64,000 bases of DNA from assembly GCA_002245135.1 (NCBI GenBank), contig NGBS01000293.1, forward strand, positions 248,001 to 312,000. The letters are read 5' to 3'. Shown in pieces: positions 1 to 13,200 of this stretch. How positions within the stretch are numbered: position 1 is the stretch's first letter; each line of letters opens with the position of its first letter. The notes under the pieces were generated by a model that was not told the DNA's origin, made no database searches, and saw only the letters and a list, made by a program, of their open reading frames with translations. The DNA is from Proteromonas lacertae. Taxonomy: Eukaryota. The position numbers and the translations under genes were made by a program.

Positions 1-385
1 ATATGACCATTTCTACATTCATAACATGTTCCTTCACATATATGACCACATGGAAGTTTTGCTTTACATTTCTATATTTAATGAAATATATACATATATA
101 TATTATACTTCCCAACATTCAATTGCATGTTTAATACTCTTCATAAACATTGTACAATAGTTTTATGCTTACATTCTAATTTTACTTCAATCATTTCACC
201 ACAATATATTGTACATCTTTCGCTACATCTCTCTTGGCATTTATGACCACATTCTAGCATTTTTTCACAAGGTTTTAAACAAGGAATATGGCCATTTCTA
301 CATTCATAACATGTTCCTTCACATATATGACCACATGGAAGTTTTGCTTTACATTTCTATATTTAATGATATATATATATATATA
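1..385 (-). repeat. ~285-bp tandem intron+exon unit encoding NF-X1 zinc fingers
   Basis: Bases 1-100 are nearly identical to 286-385, including the intron 3' end. A more diverged copy lies near 1019-1110. Confidence 0.8.
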
Positions 386-3300
386 TATATATAATACTGT
401 ATAACATGGTATTGATTCTAGATTATTCTTCATATAACATTTTATATTCTTTTTATGACCACATGGAAGTTTAACATAATAATTCTAATTGTTTATAATA
501 TAAAATATACTCTTTTGCATTTCAGATCATTATTTCTTTTATAACATTCTATAAATATAGAATGATGACAAGGGAATCTATATTTCACAAACATTTTACA
601 GTTTTCTGTACATTCTTCTCCGCATTTATTATAACATTTATGTCCACATTCTAATTTTCTTTCACAAGGTTTTAAACAAGCAATATGACCATCTTTACAT
701 TTAAAACATGTTCCTTCACAAACATGACCACATGGAAGCTTTGTATTACATGGATTTTTACATTCAAAAATACCAGCTTCATCTTTATCACAACATTTAT
801 ATTGCATTGTGTGACCGCAATCTAATCTCTTCTCCAATAACTCATTACAATCAACATATTCTTTTTCATCTATCAGACAGCATTTTATCTTCTTTTTATG
901 TTTACATGGCATTTCTATTTCAATCATTTCATTACATTTCTTTGTACATGCTTCAAAACATTTGTTTTGACACTGATGACCACATTCTAACTTCTTTTCA
1001 CAAGATTTTAAACAAGCAATATGACCATTTTCACACTTACAACAATTTCCTTCACAAATATGACCACATGGAAGAATTTCTTTGCAAGGCTATATAAAAT
1101 GATATATTCATTATTATATACTTCTTGACATTCAATTGATTCGAGTTTATTCCTTTTATAACATTCTATAGTAGTGTTATGTCCACAAGGAAGTGTTACT
1201 TCAATCAATTCAAAACAATCTTTAGTGCATTTTTGTCCACATAATTTTTGACATTGATGACCACATTCTAACTTCTTTTCACATGGTTTTGAACAACGAA
1301 TATGACATTTCTTACATCTATTACAATTACCTTCACAAGTATGACCACATTTAAGTTTTGCTTGACAAGGCTATACATATATAAAAGAACATATAAATTA
1401 TATTTAATACCTCTATGCATATTACTAATGATATATCATTTCTCTTGAAACATTCTACATTAGCTTTATGCTTACAAGGAAGTGTTACTTCAACCATTTC
1501 TTTACATTTATATTCACTCTTTTCATTACATTTTCCATTATATTTATGACCACATGGTAATACTTCTAAACATTGCTCTTCACAATGAATTTCACATTCA
1601 TCAAAATGGCAAGGTAATTTACAACTATGTCCACATTTCATTCTTCTTTCACAATCTTCACCACATGTTCCATTTGGACAGTATATATCAAAATCCTCTG
1701 CTTTTTGTATTGAATAAAATCTTTCTTCATGATTTGGACATACTAATGGTAAACTATTTCCTATCATGTTTGTTTTAGTTAATGTTTCTTTAATATAATC
1801 CCATAAACCAGTTTCAGGAAATACACTTTGATTATGACTTCCTTTTATTAAACAATCCATATTACCAAACATAAATAAACCATTCTTAGCTCGAGATAAA
1901 GCAACATTCACTCGATTTTCTACTCGACAAAATCCAATTTTATTATTTACATTACTTCGAACTGCACTGAATATGATTATATCATTCTCTTCACCTTGGA
2001 AATTATCTACTGCAATTATTCGAAATTCTTTAGCTGTATCTTTTCCTAACAACTTTTTGCATTCATCATATATCAATTTGCACTGACCTAAATAGAAACT
2101 CAATACTGCTATTTGTTCTGGTTTATATCCCACTTGCAGTAAATACTTCATAAAATGAACTATCATTTCACATTCATGTTTATTCACTCTGCTATGACTC
2201 TCTTCATCATTTTCATCATATTCTGGTTCAAACACTTTATGATCATAGAAATAAACATTATAGACTAAACCACGAATATTACTTCGATTTAAGGTACTTT
2301 CATGATCTTTCAAATCAGGATATAGAGAAGGACATCGAATTAATTCAGATATTTCAGGTCTCATTCTTCTTTGAGTATCTAACATCACTTTATCGTGTCC
2401 ATTCAATACTAATCTTTCAAACAACGATCTGGTCAAATGATACTTATTCTCCAAATTGAAATTTACTACTGAAGGTCTTAATTGTTTATGATCTCCAATC
2501 AATATCAAATGTTTTAATGACTTACAAAGTAATGCTAAAGTATGAGCTTCTAACACTTCTCCGGCTTCTTCTATTACTATCACCTCAATTTCTAATTCAT
2601 TTATCATATCCATTAATCTAGCTGCTCCAGTTGTTGTCATTCCAATCATTCTAGATTCTTTTAATATTAACATATCTCTATTTATTCTAAGTTGTTCATA
2701 TTCTTCAAATAGATTTTTATACTTTTGAAAGTCAATTTGGTAATCTTCATAGATCTCAGGATAATAATTCATTACCCATTTGCTGTATAATGATTCTCTT
2801 TCAGGTTGATTATAAGACCATAAGCCTCCACTCATGTTAATATTCATATATTCATAAAATGAATGTCTATATTGCTTAACATACTTATTCATGTAGTATG
2901 AATATACTGAATAGTAATCTTTTTGCTTTTCAACATATTTTAACCAATCATTATCTATTTGATAATCATAATCATAATAATCATCAAGATTTTCACCTTC
3001 ATAATCATCATCATCAAAGTTATCATCATCATCGTCATATAATTGGTCTTCATCTTCTACATAGTGAATTCTATTAAACCACTGTTGAAACATAATCTCT
3101 ATTTTTTCCTTACTTGCTTCATCATTCATTAATTGGTCATATTCAATTTGATTCATCCATTTGAATATTGGATCAAAAGCATATAAATGTGAATCATCAT
3201 CATCTTCTTCTTCTTCAATAAATGAACTTAAATCATATTCATACTCCATCCTGATATACTGTTTAAGTAAAAAATAAGGAAGAAATGGTAATGGTTTTAA

Positions 3301-5643
3301 TTGTTTCTTAAATCTTTTCAAATCATCAACTTCTTTAATATCAATAGAATTTGATTCAACAAGTTGATTGACACTAATATGAAGATATTAAGGAGAGATT
3401 AAATAGGAATTGTTATGATAAAAAAAAAGATATTGTTAGATCTGATATTGACTTATATATATCTAATTTTTTCTTCAGTTTAATTAATTCGATTTTCATC
3501 TAATTATATTAAAAAAATATATAATGAAAATATACATCTTTTAATTGTTGACCTATTTTTCTATTCAAATTTCTGTAGTAGTAGTCATCATTTTTCCTTA
3601 GATTATAATATGAATAAGATTCTAATTTCTTAGATTTACATCTACCTCCAACTCGTACTAATTGTCCAGGTTGTAATACATCAGTAAATGTCTCTAGAAA
3701 TTGATCTAATGCATGATTTGTATAACATACTACTAATATTGGACCATTATATTTGTGATTTTCTAATAAGATCTTTACAGCTAATGAACCAACATATGTT
3801 TTTCCTGTTCCTGGAGGTCCCTATATAACAATTAATATCATTATATACTTGAACTAAACTAATCTGTTTAGTCAACATATTCTTCAATGCTTCTAATTGA
3901 CTTTCATCTAAGTTTATACATTCTTCATGACTTGGCCATTTTCCAAGTATTCTCAGATATTCATGACAAGGAAATATACAATCCATTTTATATGTTATTA
4001 ATTCATGAATATATGATGGACATGAAACAAATTTTAATCCATCCACTAAATTAGTTTTAAAAGGTAATTCATATTCTAAATCGCATATTTTCTTTTTTAA
4101 AGACATCAAAGTATATTTCTATTGTGAACTATATAACAATAATCATACATATGCTTCAAAATAGATTTCAGGAGATTCTGCCATTTGATAATTCAATCCA
4201 ATTTGTAATCCGCTAGATTGATCATCAAATGATGTCATTACTTTCACTGTTATATGAGGTCTTAAGTTTGAAAAATTATCATCTTTGTCAAGAAATGTAC
4301 GGTTTGATAAACTACACCAAATTAAGGTTTTATAATTGTCTGGACTTAAACATAATAATGTACCAAACTGTAATCTTTTTCTAATAAAAACATTAATATA
4401 ATTATCATAGTTATACGAGAATTTCCAATTTAATGTTGGTTTTGGTTTATCAAATTCTAATTCACACATAATTCCATTATCCATGTTATAATCAATTTTA
4501 ATGCATTTCACATTATTATATAAAAAACAAAACCCATTTCCATTATTATTGTTATTATTATTACTTGCAATCTATTCATATATATTATAATATAATTATT
4601 TAATATACTTCCACTGTCTGTTGTAAAGGTAATAATACATCTGCTCTTAATAACAAAAAGTGAGTCATTAAATACTCTCTTACACTTTTATAACCACTTA
4701 ATTTATTATCTCGAAGCATTGAAAATATCAATTCTTCATTGGAATGTATTTCATCATAGGTTGGAACAATTGGTATAGTTTCAACTAATACAGCATCATT
4801 ATCATACAAACATCTGTATTTATTAATAACAGTATAGTAAGTGTGTAATTCTGGAGATAAAATTGATTCAAATGGAGCTAATTTTTCTATTATAGATTTC
4901 ATTGTATTAACTTCCCATTTTTCATTTATAATCTGTTGATAAGAAGATAAAAAGCAGAGTGATTGTACTAATAGAAAATCTATTCTCTCTTTTTCTCCAT
5001 CTACATTCTCTTTATTCATCATTTCGCAGTATTTATCACAAAGTGTCAACATATATTCTGAGAATAAAATTCTACTAATTTCTATTTTACTCACTATTCT
5101 GAGTATCGAGAGAGTGACCTTGTCAAATGTAAAACGTTTATTTAATATATAAAATAAACTGATTATATATTTCACAATTTCATGGTTTTTATAATTATCA
5201 AACACACATTGATATAAATGCTCATCAATTATCATTCTGGCAGTTTTACTCCATAATTTTAAATTGTATACAGTATCTTGAGGGTCATAATAATACAATA
5301 ACTCCATTATATAGTCTTTAGCTTTATAATTAGAGTAAATGTTGTTATCTTCACTATTATCCCTGATTTTCGCATAAAGAACAGGTATAACTTCATCAAA
5401 TAATATTTTTACTTCTAACAGTTGTAATTCTTCTGATTCATCTTTATAATAGAGATTTAAGTTATCTTCTTTAACTGAGCTTCCATCATATGAACTTTGA
5501 TTTATTTTACTACACACATCATGTATCAATGATTTCAGTGTGGTTTCTTGGGATATATAGAGTTTGAAGATATGATTTTCTTCTTTCTCTGTATATTTCA
5601 CTTTAATCCTGTTTTTCGATATAACAGGCTTTTCTACATTCAT
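1..5643 (-). CDS. ZNFX1: ZNFX1-like SF1 (Upf1-like) RNA helicase with C-terminal NF-X1 zinc-finger repeats; multi-exon, 3' end runs off the window
   Basis: After splicing: VQ|GPPGTGKT (Walker A), IIEEAGEVLEAH, LIGDHKQLRP, SLFERL, VDNFQGEENDIII, NRVNVALSRAK, YLMTHFLLLRAD, then many LPCGH/LECGH repeats. Short GT-AG introns join the ORF-track fragments. Confidence 0.88.
3379..3433 (-). other. Candidate U12-type intron with AT-AT termini (55 nt) in ZNFX1
   Basis: 5' ATATCTTTTT, branch box TCCTTAAT and an in-frame stop inside. From this donor, the end 9 nt after TCCTTAA restores the frame and the nearby AG does not. Confidence 0.6.
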
Positions 5644-6332
5644 TTGATATAATCAAAATATGATTTAAATAGCTATTTATACCAAGAATAGTACAACAAA
5701 AATTGACACTCACTGTAAATGTCAAGATATATTTCTGTATAACTGATTAATTCTACAACGAATTACTCTATTAACATATATATCGTAGTGTCGTTACACT
5801 TTTCTTTATAACTTGAAAGAAAAACATCTTTTAACACAAATTAGGAAATAAAATACTCATTAACATATACTATCTAAATTACATTCCAGATAAATTATTT
5901 CTATTATATCCATTTCATATATACAATTTATCTGAGTATTTTTTTGAATATATTGGTTGAAACTATTTATAATAAATTTTTAAATATAATAATCATATTC
6001 TATAGTATTAATAATATAAAAAGAACATAAACAGTAATTAGAAGCACCAACAACATTTCATCTGAATAATATTACAAATCCAACATGATATTATAACTAC
6101 ATGTTTATACCCAACACTAATATAATTTGTTATTTTTATAACGATTTATATATTTTTAATACAAAAACTCAAATCAAATCAAGCTATTTTTATTTCGTAT
6201 TTTTTTACTTTTTCATACTCATTATTAAGACTAATTACTTACTAAATATTATCTTTCATATCATACTGAGAGTGTAAAATTATCAACAGTTGCAACTATA
6301 AACCTAATAAAAAGAAAGACATTTGTATAATT

Positions 6333-6951
6333 TGTTGTGCGCCGTTGAGCTAAATGCGCCGTTGTGAGTTAAGAAAACTTTTTTCAATTCTAAAATGATA
6401 GTGTGTGGTTTGATGGCGAGTTATATGCAAATATAATCTTACTTTGTCATATAAGCTACATCTGCGATATATATTATTTTGAACTTTATCCCAACATATT
6501 GATAACAATTATAATTTTATTTTTAATTTTTTTCCTTCAATCACTACTAGAGTTAAAAATACATCAGTTTAAGCAATTAAATCACACATATTTAGATGTT
6601 AAGACACTTAAAAACGATAATAATAAAAAGTCTATTCAAGCCTCATTCAAGCCTGTTTTTTCAAAATAAATTTTAAGCAGGTAAATGCAATAAGTAGGTA
6701 TTCCTTTTCTATTTGAAACCTTTATCCCGATGTCTACTATTGTTATAAGCTTTTAAAATAATATAAAAATTAAAAGTGTTTCCAGTACAGGAAGCAAAAC
6801 ACGACTATACGATATTAGGCCAACGTAACTATTTTGGAAAACAAAGTGTTGATTAGTAATATTGAAGGGCCAGAGGTTACGTTTATGATATTAGAATTGA
6901 AAAAAGTCTTCTTAACGCTCAACGGCGCATTTAGCTCAACGGCACACAACA
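6333..6951. mobile_element. Non-autonomous DNA transposon (MITE-like) with TGT..ACA termini, ~68-bp TIRs and a 14-bp TSD
   Basis: TIRs 6333-6400 and 6884-6951 match at 62/68. Flanks are ACATTTGTATAATT (6319-6332) and ACATTAGTATAATT (6952-6965). No transposase ORF inside. Confidence 0.9.
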
Positions 6952-7766
6952 ACATTAGTATAATTAGTATCAATTTATATACTTATATTTAAATAGGTTG
7001 ACAGAAAGGTCATTAAGGGAAAAAAAATAGGGGAAGATGAGTATATACTGATTTCCCCCTTTCTTTCATTATTATAAGTAGTGTCCATCATCTCCTGCTT
7101 CGACTATAAGTATCACTGAGTAAATGAGTATGTGGATATCCTATACAACTACTTGACTGAAGATGATAATTATATAGTTCAAAGAATAAAAATAAATGTC
7201 AAACAAGCCCTCAAACCAAATATATTCAGTTCAAAACTAATGTATATAATTGTTATTGTTATAGACAGAATATCATTTATGAGGATAAAATATACAGATA
7301 AACATAATATAATAGCTAATGCTGTTGTACTAGTATTACACTAATTTGTACTAGATATGTTTCTTGTTCTTAAATAAAAACCTTCCCGAAGTAAAACCCA
7401 TAACATAATACTTCGCATCTTCAATCTTTTCTATATTCGGTTCTGCTTAGTTACGCCATCCTTTTACAGTTAGATAAGTTACATCCCTATCATCTAAAGT
7501 AATAAAATTTCCATTTTCTATATTTGAACTGATAGCGCTAATAATCAAAATAAACTTGATTATAAGTCTACTTTTTATCCTAAATTCTATAGGAATTGAT
7601 AAAAAGATTAATTGAAGTTTATTTAATGAGTAATTAGTCTGAACATCAATTCCAAAACAATAAAAAATAAAAAACGAAGTTTTGTTTTGTTTTTTTGATA
7701 AATTATTTCCACACACCAATTTTGAAAAACAGTTTTGATTCATTTTTGTTGATTTTCTCTTGAATC

Positions 7767-8911
7767 ATGTCTAATAATGTTGATCAATCGGAATCAAAAC
7801 GATCACCAAGTAAAGAGTCACAGAGAGCACATTATTTAGAGCTCACACAAAGTAAACAACTACCAGATTATTCAATGGCTGAAAAAGAAGCAATAGGAGC
7901 AGTATCATATATTTAGTTTAACATGATATAGGCATTTAGAACAGGAAATTTGACTTGGTTAAGAAATCTTCCATATAATCTACATCCAACCACAATTTTA
8001 GAGCATACTAGAAAAAGAAGATATGAAAATCTTACTAAAGTCACTGCTCCATTACCACCAAAACAGAAATATCTTTTTATTCAAATTTTATGAATAAGTC
8101 AGTTGTCTTTAATTAATGTAATGAGCAAGGATTATTCTACGCATTTGAATACATTCCATCACGATATAGTTTAATCGATGAACTCAATACAAAAGCCAGA
8201 TTAGAATCTGAAGCAAAAAGACTAGAAATTGCAGGAAAAGACTTTGTTCCTACAAGTAATGGGCATGTAGAAGCGTATGAAGATAATTTTGGTGATTCTG
8301 TATTACACTATATTCTTATATTTGAATAGATGTTTCAATATCCATATTTAAGTTGTCCATATACTGAAGAATTTGATCGTAGAATAAGAGAACAGTGGTT
8401 AAAAAACGCCTCGATATTAGCAGAACCACATCGACCAACAGATAAGAAACATTTAGATGAAAACTATACCAAAGCGAATTTACCTTATTTATTAAATACA
8501 TTATTTAAGATAATTGAAGAAGATTATTTTGATTATGATTTTACTGTCATGGTCTCTGATGATCAACAAATATGTGTAAGATTTGTTCAAGGACAGGTTG
8601 ATAGTGAAGATGGATTAAGAGCATATATGAATACACTAATTCTAAAGTCAGATCGATTGAATCAATACAATTTACATAGAGATGTGACAAAATGGGGAAT
8701 CAAACCAGATGATGGTCATATTTATTACTTAATAAGACCTCCATGGATAGCTAATCAACCTAGTAATGCTTATAATTTAATCAGTTATGACGGTCCACCT
8801 CCTTCTAAACATGTTCCACCAACATCGGAGTTACACACAAGTAAATCCAAAACAGATAATACTAATAAACCAACATCACCTAAAAGAAAACAGGAGAAAA
8901 TGAAAATATAA
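7767..8911 (+). CDS. Hypothetical protein, 4 exons
   Basis: ATG at 7767, GT-AG intron 7902-7931, U12-like intron 8069-8121, GT-AG intron ~8300-8329, then joins ORF 8330-8911. Confidence 0.75.
8069..8121 (+). other. Candidate U12-type intron with AT-AA termini (53 nt)
   Basis: 5' ATATCTTTTT, branch box TCTTTAAT at 8106-8113 and an in-frame stop inside. The frame is restored by ending 9 nt after TCTTTAA. Confidence 0.55.
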
Positions 8912-8988
8912 TAAAACAATAATAAAACAAAAGACTAAATGTATTTAATTATTTATAAATCTATTAAATGTGTGTGTATTTTACAAGT

Positions 8989-9567
8989 TTATTTTAGAAG
9001 ATGATTTGCTAAGCATGAGATAAAATGTTTATCATCTTGCATATCTTTATAAGATGCTGTAATCATTGAATGCTGCAAATGAATAATATGTCTTAGATGA
9101 GCAATCTGTTGTTTCATATCCAGTGATATTTCTATTGATTTATCCTCTGATTTTACTATATTTGATGTTTCGTTTAAGAACTTGTTGAATTTCTTGTAAA
9201 TTGTGTTGTATCTATCTTGAAGTTTGTTATATTTGTTCAATAACATTTGATAATCATCATTGTTGTTTGTTTCTATTGTTATATCTAATTTAGATTTGTC
9301 TTTCTCTTTTTGTTCTACTTTCTTTACATAATTACGTCCTAATTCTTCTTCTAAGCTACTTATTCTCTGTTCATATTGATTATTCATTAATGTTAACTGT
9401 GCAATATAATTATCTCTTCCTTCTATCTCTCTCCAAAGATTGGCATTTTCTTCTTGTAGTTTATTTATTAGCTCCTCTTTACTTGGTGATTTATTATTAC
9501 TGTCTATATTCATATTTGAGTGATATGTTTGTTGATTGAAATGGACTTTCCTCTTGCTAGAATTCAT
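8989..9567 (-). CDS. Coiled-coil hypothetical protein
   Basis: Intact 192-aa ORF with heptad-like composition. Confidence 0.7.
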   Translation of the reverse strand: MNSSKRKVHFNQQTYHSNMNIDSNNKSPSKEELINKLQEENANLWREIEGRDNYIAQLTLMNNQYEQRISSLEEELGRNYVKKVEQKEKDKSKLDITIETNNNDDYQMLLNKYNKLQDRYNTIYKKFNKFLNETSNIVKSEDKSIEISLDMKQQIAHLRHIIHLQHSMITASYKDMQDDKHFISCLANHLLK

Positions 9568-9624
9568 AATATGAAATTTGAATTTTTAAAATAATTTTTC
9601 AAAATAGATTTGAATATTGATTAA

Positions 9625-10459
9625 ATGACAGCTGAATATCTTACTAACCAACTTATTGACACTATTAATAGTGATAAAATGGCTATAGGAATTCAAAATG
9701 ATGAGTTATATAAGGAAGAGTTGAAAGTATCACATTTTTAGCTATCTTCTTTAGCTTCAAGAACAAGAACGATTGTTATATGAAGAAGAGAAAAGATTAA
9801 AAAGTGAAGAAATGTTATATAACCAAAATAAAGAAGAGTATCACTCCTTTCCTTAATTACATATAATAGATTTGAAAATAAAGTCAAAAAAGAATGGTTT
9901 GATCCTCCTGAGGATATTTCAAAAAGACGACTGAAATTAAACATAGGTGGCCAAAAATTCGAATTAACAGCTTCAGAGGTAATTAAAGACAAATTTTCTT
10001 TATTCACAGTGTTGTTAAGCCAAAATTGTATAATACATCCTGAAACCGATCAATATTACTTCTTTGACAGAGATTGGTTTTTATTTCGATTTATAAAATC
10101 ATTTTTACAATATGGAACACTTCCAGATAAGAGAAGTACTTTAGATGCTTTGTATCCTGAAGCAGAATTCTATCATTTAGAGAATTTGAAAAATTCAATT
10201 AGAGCAAAGTATATATATATAATATTAGATATTTTGTGTTAATAGATTAGAGAATATGGGTCAATTACCAACAGGTGTATCTATTTCAACATTACATCAA
10301 AATACAGGTTATGGTTATTATAACACTATTCAGAATCAACAATATAGACAAATGAATAATTATTCAAAGTATCAAAATAATCCAAGTCAATTATATTCAA
10401 CAAATAATAAGAAAGATCCACTTCCAGATCCGTTTGGCTTTACTAAAGGATTTAAATAA
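9625..10459 (+). CDS. KCTD-like BTB/POZ (T1 tetramerisation) domain protein
   Basis: Spliced product contains LKLNIGGQKFE...YFFDRDWFLFRFIKSFLQYG..LYPEAEFYHL; three short introns. Confidence 0.85.
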
Positions 10460-10507
10460 AATAATTTAATAAAACAAATAATACTTAATAGATTATTTTT
10501 ATATTTT

Positions 10508-11922
10508 CTATTTTTTATAATAATAATTTATTAAATCAACTGAAAAGTCAGGATAAAGAATACTAACGAATGGAAATAATGGAAGTTTAATATTAGACCA
10601 TAACAATAGCATCTCTATTTGATCACCTTCTTTTATATAAACCTCCTTTTTATCACAATCAAATATCATTTCATATTTCCCTCCATCTTTAGCCTTTATA
10701 TCATTAAAAATCCCGTCTTTCACTTTATAACCATTTGATCCAAATAATTTTGCAGCTTCTTCTGTAATTGCTATACAACAAGTAGTATCTTCTTGAGGAA
10801 GTGCATCTCCATCATATTCATTACTTAAACTTCCTCCAAAGAAGAATCCACCACTATAGCCATTAATTTGGAAAGTAAAGTGATGAATTCCTTCACTCAA
10901 TTTTATATTCAAATAACAATGAGCGAAATTATTGATAGGCATTACTTTTGTTATTGTTTTATTATTGTTTGTAACGATGATATCAACATGTTTGTGATTT
11001 TCAATAAAATAACAATCTTCAGATAATAATAAAGAATAAGAATATGGAATAGTATTTTGTTGTGTATTTTCTTTAGGTTTATTTATCTTTATTATTATTT
11101 CATTCTTTAAATCATCTATAATCATTCGATTGTTTTCATCTTTTATTAATAATTTTTCTATTATACTGTTATACTCTTCATTCTCTTTATTCATTATTCT
11201 TTCATATTCTACGTTTATTATTTTCAATTCACTTTCTAATAATGTATTTGCTTCAAATGGATATTTTCCATTTAATAATTTATAGAGTAATACTCCAATC
11301 AACCATAAATCAATTTCAATAGATATTTCTTTTCCATTTAACTCTTCTGGTGATAAATAATTTATTGTTTTCTTATTTATGTTACAATCTTTTAAAGTGA
11401 GTGTTTTATAACAATGATCTGCTATTACATATTCGCTATTTTCTTCATTTATAAGAATATTTGTTAGATTTATTCCTCCATGATAAAAACCATTCTTATG
11501 AAATTTTGAAACAACATTACAAAGTGATAATAACATCTCATTACAATTTTTGTCATTCATGAATGTGTTTAGTTCATTATTTGTCATTATTTCAAAGATA
11601 TTAAAGTATTTTAAACGAATTAATAGTAAATAATTTTCATCTTCTATTATTTTACTATATTTAGCAATGTTATTTTCTGCAAAAACATTATTGACAGTTT
11701 TTGTTCTCTGTAGGAATAAATCTAAATTATCACTACTAAAATTTTTCTTTAAAATGGATTTTAAAATACTACTAGTTCCAATTTCCTTGTTTTTAATTTC
11801 AAATACATCAGAATATCCGTTATTACATACTTGATTAGAAATCTAAAAGTAAAATCTTTAATTTATACTTCATATGTATCTTTTGTTTTATTCTTTAATA
11901 TGTTGCATATACAAAATGACAT
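10508..11922 (-). CDS. Pseudokinase fused to a C-terminal SPRY/B30.2-like domain
   Basis: Kinase fold with HGGINLTNI (no HRD Asp), ADH, YLSPE and DLWLIG. C-terminus GIHHFTFQI...MIFDCDKKEV...LPLFPFVS. One intron after YE near the N-terminus. Confidence 0.8.
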
Positions 11923-12098
11923 TTATCAACAAACTTGACGAATTATAAGAGAAAATGCAAAATGAATTTGAATTTCAAACTTGGTTTATCAAAATTTTGA
12001 ATATAATTCTATTTTGAAAATATTCGGTTTTCTCGCTTGTTTATCATCATTAATTAATAAAAAGCATAAAAAAACAAAAAAATAAATACTAGTTTAAA

Positions 12099-13167
12099 TT
12101 ATATATCTTCAACAGCTTCATTTACTAGTAAATCTGCTAATACATCAGATACTCGTTCATTTTTAAATATATTTAGTAATTCATCTCTTTCTTCATCAGA
12201 TAATTTTAATATACTACTTAATGTATCCAATATTTCAGTCTTCTTTTCATTACGAATATAATTTAGTAATATATGTTTTATATATGTTACTTCTACTGTT
12301 GATTCTTGATGATATTGAATTATTTCATTTAGTTTGGATATTAATATATTCAATTCATCTGTTTCAGTTCTCAATGATTCATTTTCTGTTGTTTTTTGTT
12401 TTAATATTTCTTCTTTTTCTTTTAACTGCTTTTCTAATACCTTCATCTTATTTTCATTCTATTTATAATAATATACATAGTAACATATACTGTTATATCT
12501 TTTTTATTAGATTCTATTTCCACAGCTTTTATTTTATTCTGTAATTCTATTACTACTTTATTTAATTCTGTATTTTGATAAATCAGTGAATTGATTTGTA
12601 TTTTTAATTTATCATTATTTTTTATTATTAACAATTGATTTGATTCATTCTCTTTTATTAATTCAGCACATTTATCATAATTTACTTTCATTTCTTTAAT
12701 TTCTTTTCTCATTGATTCATTCTCTAACTTCAACTTTTCTATTTCTTTATTTTTCTTTTCTTTTAATATTTCAAAGAATGAGTTTATATTTTCTAATTCT
12801 TTTAATTGTTTATCTTTATTTCTGTCATTATTCTTGATCTGTATTAGTTCGTTATTTATGCTTTGTGATTGCATTTCTAATACCTTTATTCTAATTATAT
12901 TTTCATTCTGTTCTTTTTCTAATTTTTCACTTTTATTCATTTCATCTTTCAACTTTTTTTGTAATTTTTGATTATTATTTTCTAAATTATTAATTCTTTT
13001 GTCTTTTTGTTCCATTTTATGATTATAATCTTCTATTGATATACTTTTTGGAGATGAAGATGATGGTTTTGGAGGAGGTGATGATTTATCTTTATTATCA
13101 GATTTTGAGAAACTTAATATTGGAGGAGGAGAAGAAGAAGTTCCTGGTTTAGATGTTGGTGGTATAG

Positions 13168-13200
<33 letters not shown>

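Noticed and set aside
6403..6669. ORF inside the MITE as a possible transposase
   Set aside because: Only 88 codons, GTG start and no DDE or HTH features.
9838..9869. TTCCTTAAT branch-like box in an intron
   Set aside because: The donor is GTATCACT, the intron is 32 nt, and the canonical AG end keeps the frame.
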